From: Catajapyx aquilonaris
Taxonomy: Eukaryota
Length of the DNA: 64,000 nt
Reading direction: 5' to 3'
Assembly (NCBI GenBank): GCA_000934665.2
Contig: KZ538082.1
Span: forward strand, 62,001 to 126,000
Shown here one piece after another: positions 23,001 to 37,200 of this stretch. The notes below the pieces were generated by a model, which saw only the letters and a program-made list of their open reading frames with translations, was not told where the DNA came from and made no database searches. The translations under genes were made by a program, and so were the position numbers. Position 1 is the first letter of the stretch. Each line of letters starts with the position of its first letter.

Positions 23001-25228
23001 GCATGCAGGTCGTGCAGCAAGGCCATGCAAATTCACCTCCTCAAGCCTGCTTGGCTGATGGGAAGCAGGAACGAAGGAGGGGAGACTTGTGCAGCAAACC
23101 ACGGCCACTTCAGGCCTCAGGAGGATACGCGGGGAGAAAAGACGGACTTTCAGTTCGAAGGGGGATAGAAAATGTACGTGAGGAGGCATCAGGACAGGAG
23201 TTTTCTCCCGTGGGGTAGAAAATGCGGTGATTTATTGCAAACGGGCATAAGCCGGTTGCGTTTATCGGCTTGTAGTTGGTACACTGCGAAACAGAGGAGA
23301 ATTTCGCGGAATTGTCTGCTCAGAAACTGACGTGATATCACCGCTATTTTATGAGAAAACTCATTGTTCTGGGGGGTATATGCAAGAAGTTGCTGCTCCG
23401 ATAGTGTATCATAAGGATAAAAGTTCGTTTGTGACACTAACTTATATAGTGACTCACATATAGGAGATTAGATTTACTGCACATGCTTTGTGTGTGAGTA
23501 GGACTCAGTTCTTGGAACTCATGTGACCCCAATTCAAGAGTGGCACCAGAACAAAACTTAATTTAGGCGTACACACAACGGACTACCTGCATGTGAATTT
23601 ATCATGGAGGCAGTTTGTAATGATGGGCGTTGGTCGACTCTGGACCTTTTGGAGGCTGCGACAGAATAAGGAGACTGCAGGCGTGGCTTGGGTTCACCGA
23701 TTTCTTTGTCATAGTAATTGACAAGCGCTTTGTGCGGAATTGTAGAGACAGCCTTCAAGATATTGTAGTTCTGGGCTAAATCTTGGTCCAAAAGTTGGAT
23801 GGGGGTTTGCTTTTTGCTGGCTCTCATGGGTGAGACCCGGATTAGGAGAGGCGTGATTCATGACTGGTATGAATGTGTTTTGTTAGGTGACTGGAGGCGT
23901 TGTGGAATTAATTTTTATCACCAGCATTGCCACCCACCTGCTCAGTTTGGAAGTCCACGCCAACTGTAAACTCATTACGCTGATATTGCGACGGAGCAAA
24001 CAAGGGTGCTCGTATATGTTGACAGTGAAGGATAAGTTTCTGATTATCGACTGTTCGCCTGCAGATGTAGGCGTATGACAGGCCAGTATCGTTGAACTTG
24101 TGCTGGAACATTGTTACGCAAGAGTGGGTTTCACCTATTTTGAGCAACCCTATATGCGACATGTAGCACATGTGGGCGTATAAACTGGACGATAAGGCGA
24201 CGAACACACACTGATATCTATCCGAGCCAAGAAAAAGAGCGCAGTACACCCAAAGGTGAAACTCCACATGGCTCGCCCAATAAGGTGAGACAAGTGAGGA
24301 CCGAGATTTAGGTGATGGAGTCGTTCACGTCATGACATTTTTTCCATGCGTCACCTTACGTGTTCTCTGGCAGCAGGTTTATAAATGCCTCCCCTTGACT
24401 TTCTATAACATTTTGTTCCAGTTTTGTGAGAGCGACTTGCATAATGCGCATCTTGTTTGCCAAAACAGTCTGTCCATGGGGATAGGGGCGTGCATCTCTT
24501 TGCTGCTTCTTTTTTTCTCGCAGTGCACGAGATCGAGATGACTGTTACATTAGGAAGGGTGGAGCGCAATTAACAGGATTACTAATTTTACGAAGCAGGC
24601 GTCCTTGCAGCCATCACCACGTCAACGGTTGTGCCGGTTATCTGTCAACGGTTTTAGCGAGACTTATGGTACTTAGCCGGTATAAATTAGCCGGACTATC
24701 TGTCGGCGTCGCATGGGTGGGTTCCGTATGTATTACGCATACATTACGGAATAATAATAGCTTAACGTTCTTCCATCTGGTCGGAGGATCGCATATTTCA
24801 TGCTGTTGGATATGAGCAATTTGCAAGGCCCTGATCACTATTCTTAGCGAGTTTTTGTGTGTGCTCGCCTGAGGATGAATGCCGTATAAGAAACCTTCAC
24901 GATTCCATTAAGCACGGGAGGAAGACATGAATTGACCTAAATTTTCGCAGCATGTATGAAACGATACATGTTTGCTTGTAATAGCAGACAGACAATTGAT
25001 ATTGGATGAGCAGGCGGAATGATGCTGATGATAGGAAGCAGACGGGTAATGGGTTGTTGACACCGGGCCAGCGCCCCCACAGTATACGTGTGTGCAAGGA
25101 AAGGATGTGGGATTTGTTTTACCGCACCTTTTTCTGGATACACACGGGGGGCAACCACCATCACGGAGAAGGAAAGAAGAATGCCGATTCGCATTGATGA
25201 GAAGTGGAAAATGCGCAAGTGCAAGTCT

Positions 25229-25293
<65 letters not shown>

Positions 25294-28200
25294 TGGGCAC
25301 GCATGTGTAACAAGGGTCCCAGAAAATGAACCGAATGTAGTCATGTTCATTTCCGGGGCCCACACAACAATAATCAGGAATGAACAATGGGAGGAAAGAA
25401 TTATGCCAGTGGACAGAGTCACAAGGCTGCCCCCCCCCAACGGAAAATGGACAAATGCAGGGGTTGCGACACCCACGGCTCTGTCCTAGGAAGGATCAAC
25501 GTGGGTGAAGCAGAGGGAGTGGTACCGAGGTGCTGGTTTTGCTGAGGAGTTCCCAGCACGAGTGCTCCTTCCGCAAAAGGCGTTGAACTTCTTGAAACCA
25601 CACGGGGGTCCCCTCTGAAGCCTGAAGCGCTTCCAAGTGAGCCTATCGTTCGAACCGATTGCATCGAAGCCACTCACACGTGGCGACGTGTATTTTCGGA
25701 GAAGCAGCCATAGATAGAAAGGTTGCACAGACAGGAACCTGAGTGTAGAAAGGAATGTTGTCCACCAGTCGAAAAATTTGCCAAACTGCGTTGCTGCAAG
25801 TTGGCGGAAGAGGAAAAAGGTGGACCTGTCAGTGGTGCATCAGCAGGATGCGGGATGACGTGAGGCGCGAAAATGCCTATTTACATAAGGTGAAAAATAC
25901 CTGTATGGGGCTAGGCCATCAGAGCCTCCGGCGGTCATCCGCGGAACCATCTGCTAGCAATGTATCAAAACAGTACGGTACATTCAGGGATAACCACTTT
26001 TTATAGCATCGTCAGGTTGTATCCGAACTGTGCAACTTGGAGTTATACAAAGTTGCAAGATTTGTGACGTATAATGAAAAGGATGCCCCTAGTTGGCGGA
26101 TAAAGTCCTTGCACCTCATCTCGACCCACACAAGGCCGTCAGTGAACTGCCCACACCACATTGGATTTGCCCACACATGCAAACACACACACACATTCTC
26201 GCATAGATGTGGTGTCGTTCACCCTCTCTCAGGTGCCATCGTCCTGCAGCGCCTTATTGGTGGACCTCGAAGAACAGGCACCAGCTAGACTCCTACAGAA
26301 TCCGGTCTGAGGATTCGGCCTCCGGGGTATTGACAGATGTAGTGGGTTTATACAATTATGATGGCGGGAGGCTAAGAGCCTTCATTTATTTTCAACAACA
26401 CTCATTAAGAATGGGAAAAAATGGGGGCTGCCGGATTTACGAGAGTCATATCTGGCAGATGGAGGCATGTGGACAATGAATCGCGATGGACTCTCCCAGA
26501 AAAAAAGGAAAGTGTCATCATAACTTTTCTGGCTCTGCTGAGGTTCAACTTTCCCTCCATAGCCAGACACCTTAATCGGCTCTCATTTCTCCCTTTTTTG
26601 GTCTCCGTCACGACCCATCTCTTCAGGAGTGGTAAGGTCACGACATAGCCCGAGGTGCCGGGAGGAAGAAACAACGCACGTTATGGGCACCCGAATTGTG
26701 TCTCAATAAAAACTGGGACACGCCTCCTTCCGAAGTTTCTTAATGAGCGGGTTGTAGGTCAGCATGGACACGGTGCGAGATTCCTGCTGCATAGCCGTCG
26801 AACGCATTTCAAGCAGCTCGGAACACATTTTGGAAAGTTTTAAGGGATTCTCGCACCTGGCTTGATCGGACCTGGGGACTGGGTCAGGAGACTAGGCCAG
26901 TCCCCCAGAAAATGGAGGACATCCCTGAGTGTGTCCAACCCTTCCCAAACCGATGATTATGAAATAATCACTTGAGGCAAGTTTTTTTCCCCGATTACAT
27001 TACAAGGGTGGTCACGACCAGGACGAAATACAAAGATGCTTCCGATGAATGGGGTGGAGTTTTTTGGCCTAGTCTTGTTGCGGCACGGAGATGGGGAAAT
27101 TTATTGGACGTTTCCTTCGAAGTGGAAGCTCGTGTTTCCTAAGGCAGAAGGAGAAGAAGCATTCGTGGAATGTCCGTCTCAGGAGCTATGTCTGGAAGAT
27201 TCCGGTGTTAATTGATTGGAGCTCGTTTAGCCAAGGCGGAGAAAGTATGAGGATGGCTGCAGAGACTGTTATACACATTTTTATTTTACCAACCCCTAGA
27301 GCATTGCCATTGCGCAAGGTAAGAACACCTGAGTGGAGCTCCGGCTGAACTGTTGTCCTACTTTTGGCCAGTTGCGTGTACAGTCGTGAGCAGAAAAGTC
27401 TTGTTAGCCTGTGATGTAAGCACTTTTGTCATAGCTTCATATAAAAATTTGTGGCTGCATTTTGTGCACTGTTATTATCCGTTGGGTAATACGTGTAAAA
27501 TAAGATATGATCAAGAAGCCAAAGAAACTGAGGCTGTTGTCGATTTGGGCATTGCAAACAAGCACTATTTGTCAACAATTTATTCTCGAACCGTGCACGT
27601 TTACAGTGAATCATTGACTCGGCCATTGTGCGGGGAAATTATCCACGTTCGAGGAATTTTTAAGGCCTGGAGGCTTCCTTCAACAATTTCTCACGCCGAT
27701 TGTATCAGCCTGGACGTCCTTCCAGCCACATTCTAAAAGTCAGCAACATTCTCCGTCATGGCTGTCACTGCTGGTTCACAGACCCAGTGTTTGTCCGTGA
27801 TTCAATATCCTCCTTATTACAGAGTGTGAATGGTCAGTACTGTATATACACGTTCCGCTTAATGGATACGGCTAAGAGGAAATGCAAATGAGGATGGGGA
27901 AAAATGGAACTTCCTGAATGGTACTTCCTTGGCTGAGTCATGATTTTAAAAGGGATGAAAATGGAGAGCACTCTGGATCGATGTGATGACACAAGAGTCA
28001 TACAAGTGCGAGGAATTTGATTGACCTCCTTTTTCTGGGCGAGACTAGGGTTCGGTCACACTCCCGTACCTTCTAGTCGTACACATGTTTTACGGGGGGA
28101 TTGCGANGGTAGAGAAAATGTTGTCTTGCGGTGATTACCATTCCAGTTGAGACAAGGCCAGCAATTCAGGAAGCCTCCTTAGTCCACTGGCGATGGGCTC

Positions 28201-31200
28201 AGGAGGTCGTGGAGAGGAAGACCTCGAGGATTCTCTTTCGTGACCACTGGTGTGTGCGTAGATGTATACACTGCGGGGGTCACGTGGCATGCACCAATGT
28301 TGCGGGTGAAAATAGGCGATAGGAGCGGCACCAACTTTCACCATCAGAGAAAGGTGATGTCAAAAGTTCATCAAAGTGGCCTCCAGGGACATGACCTCAA
28401 TCGAACCAATTTCGGATTGGGATCTTCAGAGTTTCTTACGGAATGTTGGGACACTATGAGTTTCTTGGCAGTGGGGAGTCGAAAGATGGTGAGATAAAAT
28501 AGCACACCCAACCCATAAGGCCAGGTGCCTTAAGACACCTTATCGTTCAGCAAACTTCAGTGGGAGATTAAGGTCGCATTGGAGAGATTGCTGCGCACAT
28601 TTTCTTACAGGGACAAAGTTCATCAAGATGGGAGTTAAAAATAAAGAGGAGATTCAAGGAGAAAGATGTAGGCTTCACTTGTGATTATCAATAGCACAGA
28701 GTTTGATAAGACAGATAACCTCATCAAATGGTCGGAACTGGCACACCAAAGCAATGTGTAACTCATAGGGCGAGTCTCTTAGAGAAACAATCTATTCATC
28801 GCGGGGAATGAGTCATTTTTTTGTATAGGTGTTTTGGACAGCTGTAGCGGATTATGAAATAATTGTTGTATTCAGTTCTGGCAACCAATTTGTTTATTCA
28901 CTGCACCGGAAAATGCCTGAATCTGATTATACTGCAATGCAACAGGAATTAAGTCACAACGTTACGAAATGGTTCCACTGTCTTAGTTTTAGTCGCCGAG
29001 TTCATTCTGCATTCAAATCAGCCTCTTGGGCTTCACGCTGGCAAATATCTTGTAAGCTAGCTTAATATCCGTATCGATGCTGCCTGGTGTGTGTCACGGG
29101 CATGTGTAAGTGCAAATATTACTTTGTGTACTAAGCAGACATGTTCTGGTTCATCCTGTTAGTAGTTCGCTCTCGATTTGTTTTAAAATTGCCAGGGGTT
29201 GTACAAGAAGCAGGATCTTGAGAGATCCAGGTCCGGTCTGGAATCCCAGGGTGGAGTGTCGGTTCATAAATATTCCTTCTTAATTGTGGTGTAAAATATT
29301 CATCGGCGAGGTTCCTTCCAAAGGTCGTATGTTCGCCTTTTGTCGTGGGGAAAGATAAACGATTCCGAATCGAGGGAGTCGCGCCTTCTTTACAGCCAGA
29401 GAACAGATGAGGGTCCCTTGCAATTAACTTGTCACGGGTCTTTTGGGGGTGTGTTTCTTCAGCACGTGGAGCTGACTATTAGGCGGGGGCGGAATTTTAG
29501 GGGACCTGTGTCGGATCCGAAAAAATATCGGGGTCACTGGGCAATATAGGTGGCCCTCATGACAAGTGGGTAACGGTCCACGGAGTGGATTCGAGTGATC
29601 GCTCCAGGGCGTGGTTTTTCATCCCGTGGAAAAGAGATGCGAAACGCTTCCAGTCCTTCTGTGCCCTACAAGTCCACGTTCACATTCCGCAAAGAGGATT
29701 TGGGTGCCGACCTGGGTAAATGCCCAATTTGGGATGAAAAGCAGGCGGGCGTCTCCGAGCGTGACCGCACGAGGACACGCGACGAAAACAAAACTGCGAA
29801 AAAGCTTCCTATACACTAACAGCGAGACATTAAAATTTAGGTGGGTAAACAAAACGTTGGAGGTTGTCCCAACAAAGAACAAGTTTGTTGAGGCATCCGT
29901 TTTGGTTGTAACCGAAGCTCTCAGAACCTTCCTGGTATAATCCTGGCAGCTGGGGGTGCGGCTTTGACATTGACGCAGCCTCCACTTATAACACTGGTTC
30001 TACTGAGCAAGTGCTTTATTTTTGTGGGAGGTATGGATGGCACTTTGCTTTTAACTGGCGGAACACTATGCTATTATGTCTCCTTGCCTGTTTGTGAAGG
30101 CTGCTACAGAAGGACGTGCATAGCACTGAAAAATAATCCGCTAGATGGAGTTGAAGCGAGTTGTAATGTCGAGAAGGTCCGTGAGAGAGGCTACAGTGTT
30201 TGTAGTTGGTCCTGTGAGGGCCTCGGTCGGAATAAATAAATGCCCTGCAACTGGAGTCTTTTTTGGATGGCCTAGTGAGAGGAGGCCATCCATTACAATA
30301 ATAAGGTTCAGGATTGGTGAATAAGGCTGTGTGGCCACTTGTTGGTCTTGTTAAGTTTGTTTGAATCAGCAAGTGCCGGCATTCCTCAGCTGAGGGAGCT
30401 CCCATTGTGCACTAGTGAGTGATCAGGCAAGTCCCGTCTTTTTCGTGACCAGAAACTGGTTTCGCAACGTTGAGCGTGGCTGTTCCCTTGCGTGGCCCGA
30501 TAGTACAAAATACGTTTTCTGCACATTGAATGATACCTAATAGCCGTGTTTGACTGCAATTTCTTGACACTTTTACACGGCAAGTGCCACATGTAAAAGT
30601 TGTTATGATCTGCTGCTGCGGTCGGGGGTTACTCAACTCGGGAATTTCGCAACGGAGATGAACCGATGAGAAACTGGAATATTTTCACACATGAATGACT
30701 GTGCTTCTCTTGACGCCACCAGCGACATGTACAAGCATAATTGGCCCTCTTGTTGAGAGTTGCCTCCCCCGTCATATCCCCAACACACCCAACTCTTTTC
30801 CCCATCCGTTGCCAGCTCATGTAAATGCTGCCAAACGTAGTTCAGTGGACTCTTTTATCTCAGAGGACCGAGTTTTGGAAAATTAGGGAATCCTGCCAAC
30901 TGGCTCGGGTTTTTAAAAAAAACTCCGCAAAAATCCCTGATCTCTCCTGGGGTTGGTCATCAGAGCAAATATCCTGGATATTAGCGGAGGAACGAAATAA
31001 AAAGCGGATGTGAGAAGGCGCGGAACAAGATTCGGCCCCGAAGGGCGATACCACGGAATCAGTTTTTGCGCCACTTGGACCTTCCGTTTCTCTGTAATGG
31101 GGCCTTCTGTAAGTTTGTGTGTGAGATGAAGAAGGGCCTTGGCCTCTTGGGGTTCACTCCCACTAACTTGGGTATATCAACCGGATGACGGCATTTATCA

Positions 31201-34200
31201 CTATTTATATTTTAGACCCCCGGTTCAAGTGTCAGCGCGTGTCGCTTTTTCGGGGGCACACATTTTTTTCGGAATGTGTTCTAATTTTTGCGTATGTTGC
31301 AGGACCAGTATGACAACCTGGCTCTCCACACGCAGAAGGGGATCGACTTCCTAGAGAGATATGGACATTTCATCAGGGACAGGTGTACAATCGAGTTGGA
31401 CTACGCCAGCAGGTTAAGGTAAGATGAGAGAAATGGGCAAGACGTAAATCCCTGCCTTTTCGCTAAGTAGGTAGAGTGAGAATTGTTCTCATTTTCCGAC
31501 ATTGTGTGCACGAAACAGAACGTGATGGGCCAATCTATCGAGAGGGGAGGGAGAGTCTTCCTTGCATTGTTTCAGCCGCAATTAAGCTGGGCATATCATT
31601 ACCAGCATGCTGCCTTGATAGGAACCGGACTTAAATATAGTGGTCCTGACGTTTTGTCAAGTGACGGTGAAATGTGGGACTGTTGTGTGAGTCACAGGGT
31701 GTTTCTCCTAAAAGAGGTTCAAGTGCTGCTTGAATGTGGTAGTCGAGAGATAGCTTTTTGATGGCCATTTTGGAACATCCTGCGCGGAAGTACATGGCTA
31801 TAATCTTAGAACAGAAGTGAGAAGTTGGCACGGGTTTCACACGAAAGTGGTCGAACAGGCTGTCAGTTTGTATGCGGTGGGATTGTCACTGGTACATTGA
31901 CTCTGAGCTGTGTCATATTGCGGAATATTGATTGATCGCGGTATTTAAATGGTTTAGAGGCTCGTCTTTCATTCATGTGTGAAGAGCTCATTGACATGGC
32001 CAATTGCAGAAATTGAGCTGGTTTTGTAGGTTGGTGACCGGTTGCAGCTCACCATACTGACCTGAAACCATGGGGGGAAAAATCACTGGACTGCTTGAGG
32101 TCAACCATAGCTCAAAGCCAGAAACAGTTGAAATCCCAAGCCGCAAGTGTCCATTTCTGTGGTCCGGTTTCGCGATGCACGGTCCAGCACCCAAAGCGTG
32201 GGATTACGAAGGAGTGAAAAGTGGTAACCCTCCTGGAGTCCTTGGTCTTTCTTGCAGCTGGTTGGTTGACTTGTTTTGGTTAGGCGAGCGTTGGCCCTCT
32301 CTCGCGCCTACATCATCAGCTGGGTCTTATTTTAGGTCTCGGCTTCCTCCTCCCCCGCCTCCCCCATCTCGTTTCCTCCACCCCTGCAGGATGCTCCCAA
32401 GACCCCCAACAATACCAATTAGTCCATCCTTGATGGAGGACGCCCTATACCAGTTTCCTCAGGAATTCCGTTCCGACACTTCGGGTCCAGAGATCCAAAT
32501 ACAGTTATATGGGCGCCCCTGATGCTCTTTTCGTGTCTTGGTTTTTGTGGTGGTCCGGACGCAAGGTCCATCTTGATACGGACATGCTATAGGAATGCCT
32601 GGAGGTATGGGCGGTTAGTGACCTGTAGGTCCGTTGGATGTTTCAATTATGCAATGGCGTGGTTGGTCATTCGGCGTCACGTACGGTAGAGGGAATAATT
32701 GGCACTGGAGGTGTACTAATTGCACCTTTCTATACGCACATTTTTAGCACACAGGTACTTATCACCGGATGCAAACACTTGCACGTGCTGTTGCGTAATG
32801 CCAGGGGTGGAATCAAAACTGGAGGTAGAATATTGTCGGTTCATTTCCGGGCGGAATGAAATTTTGCGGGGAAATTATATTCGGCGGTAATGGCGGGAGA
32901 GGCTTAAAAGGGGGAAGCACCGTGGGCTGTCGGGTGTCATTAGGCGAAATAATGAAAAGTGACAAAAGGGCCACTTTTGTTGCCAGGCATGGGCTCAATC
33001 CTGGGTTGGAAATCAGGATTATAAAAGAGAAGGTGCAAACAGATTGCGTTCGTTAGTGTTGAGTCTGACAGGTATGTCCCTCAAGGTGTGGAGCTCGTGT
33101 TACATCCCTGGAGGCTATTGGATCGTTTTCCCTATTACATGCCATTCTGCTGTGTACGCCCATTTATGGCATATTTGTTATTTACTTCATGGTGTTACGA
33201 CAAACGGCTGCTTTTTCCGCTTCGTGCGAATTGGCAACTGGGGTTCTGCCCAAGCCCATTTCCTTTTTCCAAACCGAGGCTGAAACCACCAAAAATATAC
33301 TGACAGCCTAATGATTCAGAGTATCCGGAACTAATTTCGCCGCCACTAACAACATTATTGCGGAGTTTGCTTGTAGGTTGGGGTGTCGCAAACCTGGTCG
33401 TAAACCGGGGCTGTAACTGGAGGAACTGTTTCAAGATGCTACATCCATTGTCAAAGATGGAGGAGGAAATGGCACGTGCGTAGATTATCGGGTAGCAAAC
33501 ATAGGTGCGATTTCCGTGGGCTGTTCCGTTGACGTCCTGGCCACGTCATGGGGAAGGAGTCGGAGTGTGGTAAACTTCCTTCAGGGGCTTTTGCCAAAGG
33601 TTGGACCATTTTGCTTGGGAGAAGGTATTGATCCTGGGTTGGTCGTCCATCTTTTTTTCTTGGCTTCTCCGCCACCCCTGCCTTGCGTCTTCTGGCTCCA
33701 CGCCTTCTACGGATGAAATGACTGAGGGGGATTACGAATTGCGAAGGCGTGCTACAATGAGATTTTTGGGATCTTCGGCAGGACAAGGAAGGATTGCTGG
33801 GCTAATGGGAAACAGGTGTGGGATGCCGGTTGTTGGGGTTTTAGTGGAGGCGGAACAGCCCCCAATTTTCAGGGCGAAATGTCCTTCTGAACTCATCTAC
33901 ACTTGGTGGGGAGTGTGTATTAAGGCTGACAAGGGCAATTTGAGTCGTTTGCATAACGAATTACGCCAGTGCAAATTCAGAACGCGCTAAGTGGTGTCAC
34001 TAGCCTTGGTACGGGCTTGGATTGCTTGGGGGGCGTTGCATAATGTTGCAATGTTGCAAGGCGCCATTAGGGTTCATTTTTTTGCATGTCTGGTGACTTT
34101 GTGCTGTATGGATGACACAGCTTTACGGAAACTCCATCACGCTATTGCCAGCGATGGGTGGTCCTTGTTCATGGGTGTTAACGAAGAGAGATGGGCCACG

Positions 34201-37200
34201 GGTTAATGGGTGGGTAGCATGTCCATTGCTCTTGACCAGATTTCCCGAAGGAATTAATCTGGTAGAGGAGAAGAAGATCGATTTTTTTTGGCCACGACCT
34301 ATTTCTACTGCTGGATCGGGTCCAAGTTCAGATTTTCTTGGAGCAGCCAACGGGGGCTCGAACTTTTTACGGTATTAGGACCTAGTCTCAAACCTTTTTA
34401 CTGCTTGGTGGTTACGTCAGAATTGGTGTCCGCAGCGCTTACTGCATTGGGCTGCGGCCGTTTATCTCTGAAAATTATTACCGTCGAGTAGGAATGTGGA
34501 CGGCCATCAAGGTGACGCTCATGGGGGAGTATGAATATTTTATTTCGTTTATGAAGCTGTTTTCATCCCTCCAGAACGATGCAAGCAGAAATAACTTTCG
34601 TTTATTGGCGAGCGATTTAGCTCCGGCGAAGGGTTAACTGTAGGCGGGCATACCACGTGGGAAAGTGCCCCGAGTTATTTAAATAGAGCGAGATAGTGAA
34701 ATCTGTCTTGTGGCTGTGGGGGAGCCTAGCAGGTCAAGGATGCTCGCACTCCGTTGTTTTCCCAGGGAAGCGGGTCAGTTTCTATGCAAATAGGGTCACA
34801 GGGCGTCAAAGAAAGACCCGCAATTGCTCCGATTGTACCGTTCAAAACAACGAGTGTTTTGAGGAGAGGAATAATTTTTCTGGCCCTTTTCGAGCCCAGA
34901 CCCTTCTTGCATGTGTAAGGAGTGTCTAAATATATATGGATGCAGTTTATGTATAGGGTGCGCGGTGTGGGTCACGGCGTGGGAAGAAAACAATAATAGA
35001 GGAGGCTTCGTGCACCCTGGAATCGATGTCTGGAAAAATTATTCTGGTCGTGAGAAATAGCGATACAGTTCACGAGAAGTGGAGATAAGCTTTGCTTGGC
35101 GTGCCTGGCCCGAATGCGATTTGAACCCGGCACGAAGGACCTGCAGCATCCAATAACAGGTCAAGCCGCGGTTATCATGCAGGTACCAAAATCAAGGCAT
35201 GTTCCAAGGGGCCTTTTTTTTTTTTCACCGTTACTATGATATGATGGAGCGTAGGCGTATTTTTTTTTTCTATATGCCAGTAATATGGATCGGGGGATTA
35301 TTATCACATCAGCTTCCCCAGTGTTTACCGATTCAAGGATTAACTTGTTTGGTCGGTTTTTGCGGTGCTTCGGATCGTTCCGCGTGATGTACAATATTGA
35401 AATTATGCCGAGGTACTGGCATTACAGTTACCATTACTGACGTTGGGTATGCGGATAATTTTAACTTGGGAACAGGATCTGGTTCCGGAACACCATGACC
35501 CTTATATCCGTGTTTTGATTCACCTTAGGCGTGTCCACTGTTATTTCAGTATTCAGAAACTCTGCACTTGTGTAGTCTGGCGCCCTGTGAGATGTTTTCC
35601 TTTTTTTATTCCTGAAATAGAGTAATAGACTAAGCATGACTTCATGACCGAAAAAAAGTAGTGGGTGAGTATAGCACTTTTTTCCCTGAGAAATTCCGCC
35701 CCTAAAATAATGAAGCGTCGGCATTAGTAACCGAATAAAGTGAGTCATGGAGGTAGAGCAGAGGTGAGTCAGTGCGTCAATATTGCAGGAGGGCGCAAGG
35801 CAGGCAAGGTCGGTCGATGGACCACCCCACGCACTACGGATATACCATGTGACTTGGGTCGTGGGCCATGAATCGTCCCGAAGTGATTGATCACTCCGGA
35901 CAGGACGTCTGTATCAAATCATTGTGCGACATTTCCTGCCAGCCAATAAAGCGGTCTCAAGAGTCTGGAGTCGCAATAATGAAGAAGGATTCGATATGGG
36001 TGTTTCAGGACCATTATTTTGAGCCGAGATAGAAAAAAAAAATCCGCATTTTGCTCAAAAATGGTGGGTGGCTGACCCGACAGTTATATTTACATGCTTT
36101 GGTACATCTTCAAAAAGCACGACACATGCGACAACGGTGATTGTCCTCGGGAATAAAACGGTTCGCGTTTGTAAAAAAAAAAAAACAGCTGGAGGTTGGG
36201 AAGTATCATTTCAGCCGCAATGTCCCATGATTACCGTGCGGATAAAAGCGTCATTGTGATAAAAGGAAAAGACAATGGTATTCTTAATTAGAGGACGCGG
36301 GCCTATTATCTTCCTTTCACATACTTATGTAACGATAGTATTGTGTGAGCATGACTGTTCAAACTGATTGAAACCCCAAATGTTATCTCTTTTCAGGAGA
36401 CTGGTCAAAAACTACCATCCGAAGAAGAAAGAGGAAGAAGACTATCAGTGAGTATTTTAGCGAGGGCGTAATGACCGTAATATCTCTCCTTGATGACCCC
36501 GGTCCACTCAATTAGCGACATGCGGCCTGTACTTTCACGTGAGAATGGCGTAACTGGTTCGCAGTATAGACAAAAGAATACATGGCCGAGTTTCTTTCTT
36601 GCCCACGTTATTTTGTTGACAAGAGGGGCCCTGGTTTACAACAGACCTCCTTTGTACTACACAAGTACAGAGGTTCAATTGCTCCGCCCTCCTGCGTGCT
36701 TGTTTGCAGTGCCATTATATGACAATAATTGCTCATTACCGTTTTATTGATTGCTTTGGACGGTGCTTTGGACACCTTGTAAGCAATGTCCTTGGAGGAT
36801 ATGAAGTTATAAAGGCCACAGGAAGCGAGTGAGATGCAGAAAGTGCGCAGTTGATACTTCGTTGGAATTTTGCAGATAAGCTAAGAGGCTTGCTATATGG
36901 CCAGTAAAGGCACTGCGTTCGTGACGTAAGCTTGATTGCATTGTTTCGTGCGCGTACTTTTGACATGGCGATTTTTTTTTTTTTTTTTTGTGAAACCACT
37001 GATGTTGATTTGAGGACAAGAATGCGGGGTGCATCCGTTATATTCTCAAGAGTGTTATTTTTCCTTCACTTTTTTGTGGGAAGGCCGGATTATTGAGGCC
37101 ATGGCGTGCGTGGTATTAACGCCTTCTGACTGGTCACTCGTCATGTAATCCGTTTTATTTTTTGTGCATCCGGAGGGAGGGGCTTAATTTGCGGCATTAA

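Noticed and set aside
24908..25489. ORFs with poly-ER / poly-SL tracts
   Set aside because: They are translations of the (AG)n microsatellite.
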